NCBI RefSeq assembly: GCF_018977255.1
Contig: NW_024704742.1
Span: forward strand, 127,536,001-127,600,000
Direction: 5' to 3'
Source of the DNA: Callorhinchus milii
Lineage: Eukaryota
DNA: 64,000 bases
Every line of letters starts with the position of its first letter. Position 1 is the stretch's first letter. The notes under the pieces were generated by a model. The model had not been told where the DNA came from. It did not search any database and worked only from the letters and a program-made list of their open reading frames with translations. Shown here one piece after another: positions 63,574 through 64,000 of this stretch. Made by a program: the position numbers and the translations under genes.

Positions 63574-64000
63574 TACGAGCCGAACACTAAAAACATCAGT
63601 GCAGATATGCAAGAGTAATTCAATCAATTCTTCCTACTTTAGGTGTCAGCCTAGCTGAGTGGGTAGAACTCTTGCTACTTCTTGGTAAAAGGATTAGGGG
63701 TTCAAGCCCCACATCTGGGTTTGAGCTAAATATCTCAATGATGTGATAAAGTGCTATTAAACTGCAAGGATTATTATTATTGTTATTATAAAACTAGTCA
63801 TCCACTTCATGCAAATCACTGTATGCAAATTGGCTGGTGCATTGAACTACAAATGCATAATCACAACAATTTAGGCAGACATTTTGATGCTGTTTCAAAA
63901 ATACTTTTTATGATCATTATTTTGAGAAGAACTGTCAGTGACAGTAATCTGTGACTCTTTTAGTGTGACCATCTATTCAATCTTATCCAACAGAATTTTC

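Noticed and set aside
1..64000. CRISPR array, or a functional VLR/Ig/TCR locus
   Set aside because: I noticed no regular repeat-spacer array, Ig-domain segments or RSS pairs. The LRR pieces carry stops and are tied to TIR domains, which VLRs lack.

Overview
Vertebrate genomic DNA, most likely from a cartilaginous fish (inferred from the repeats: tRNA-headed Deu-domain SINEs, CR1 and L2 LINEs, a Penelope element). I found no intact cellular gene. A large part of the window is transposon debris, often nested. The main observation is that most DNA between the transposons translates, by eye and across stops and frameshifts, into decayed Toll-like receptor coding sequence. The parts seen are signal/LRRNT, LRR, LRRCT, transmembrane and TIR. 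There are about 13 separate TIR remnants and over 20 LRR tracts on both strands, packed with little spacer. Different pieces resemble different TLR subfamilies (TLR3-, TLR5-, TLR7/8- and TLR1/2-like). At three places TLR-like signal appears on both strands over the same bases. All TLR calls come from manual translation and remembered motifs, have approximate boundaries, and need frameshift-aware HMM confirmation.
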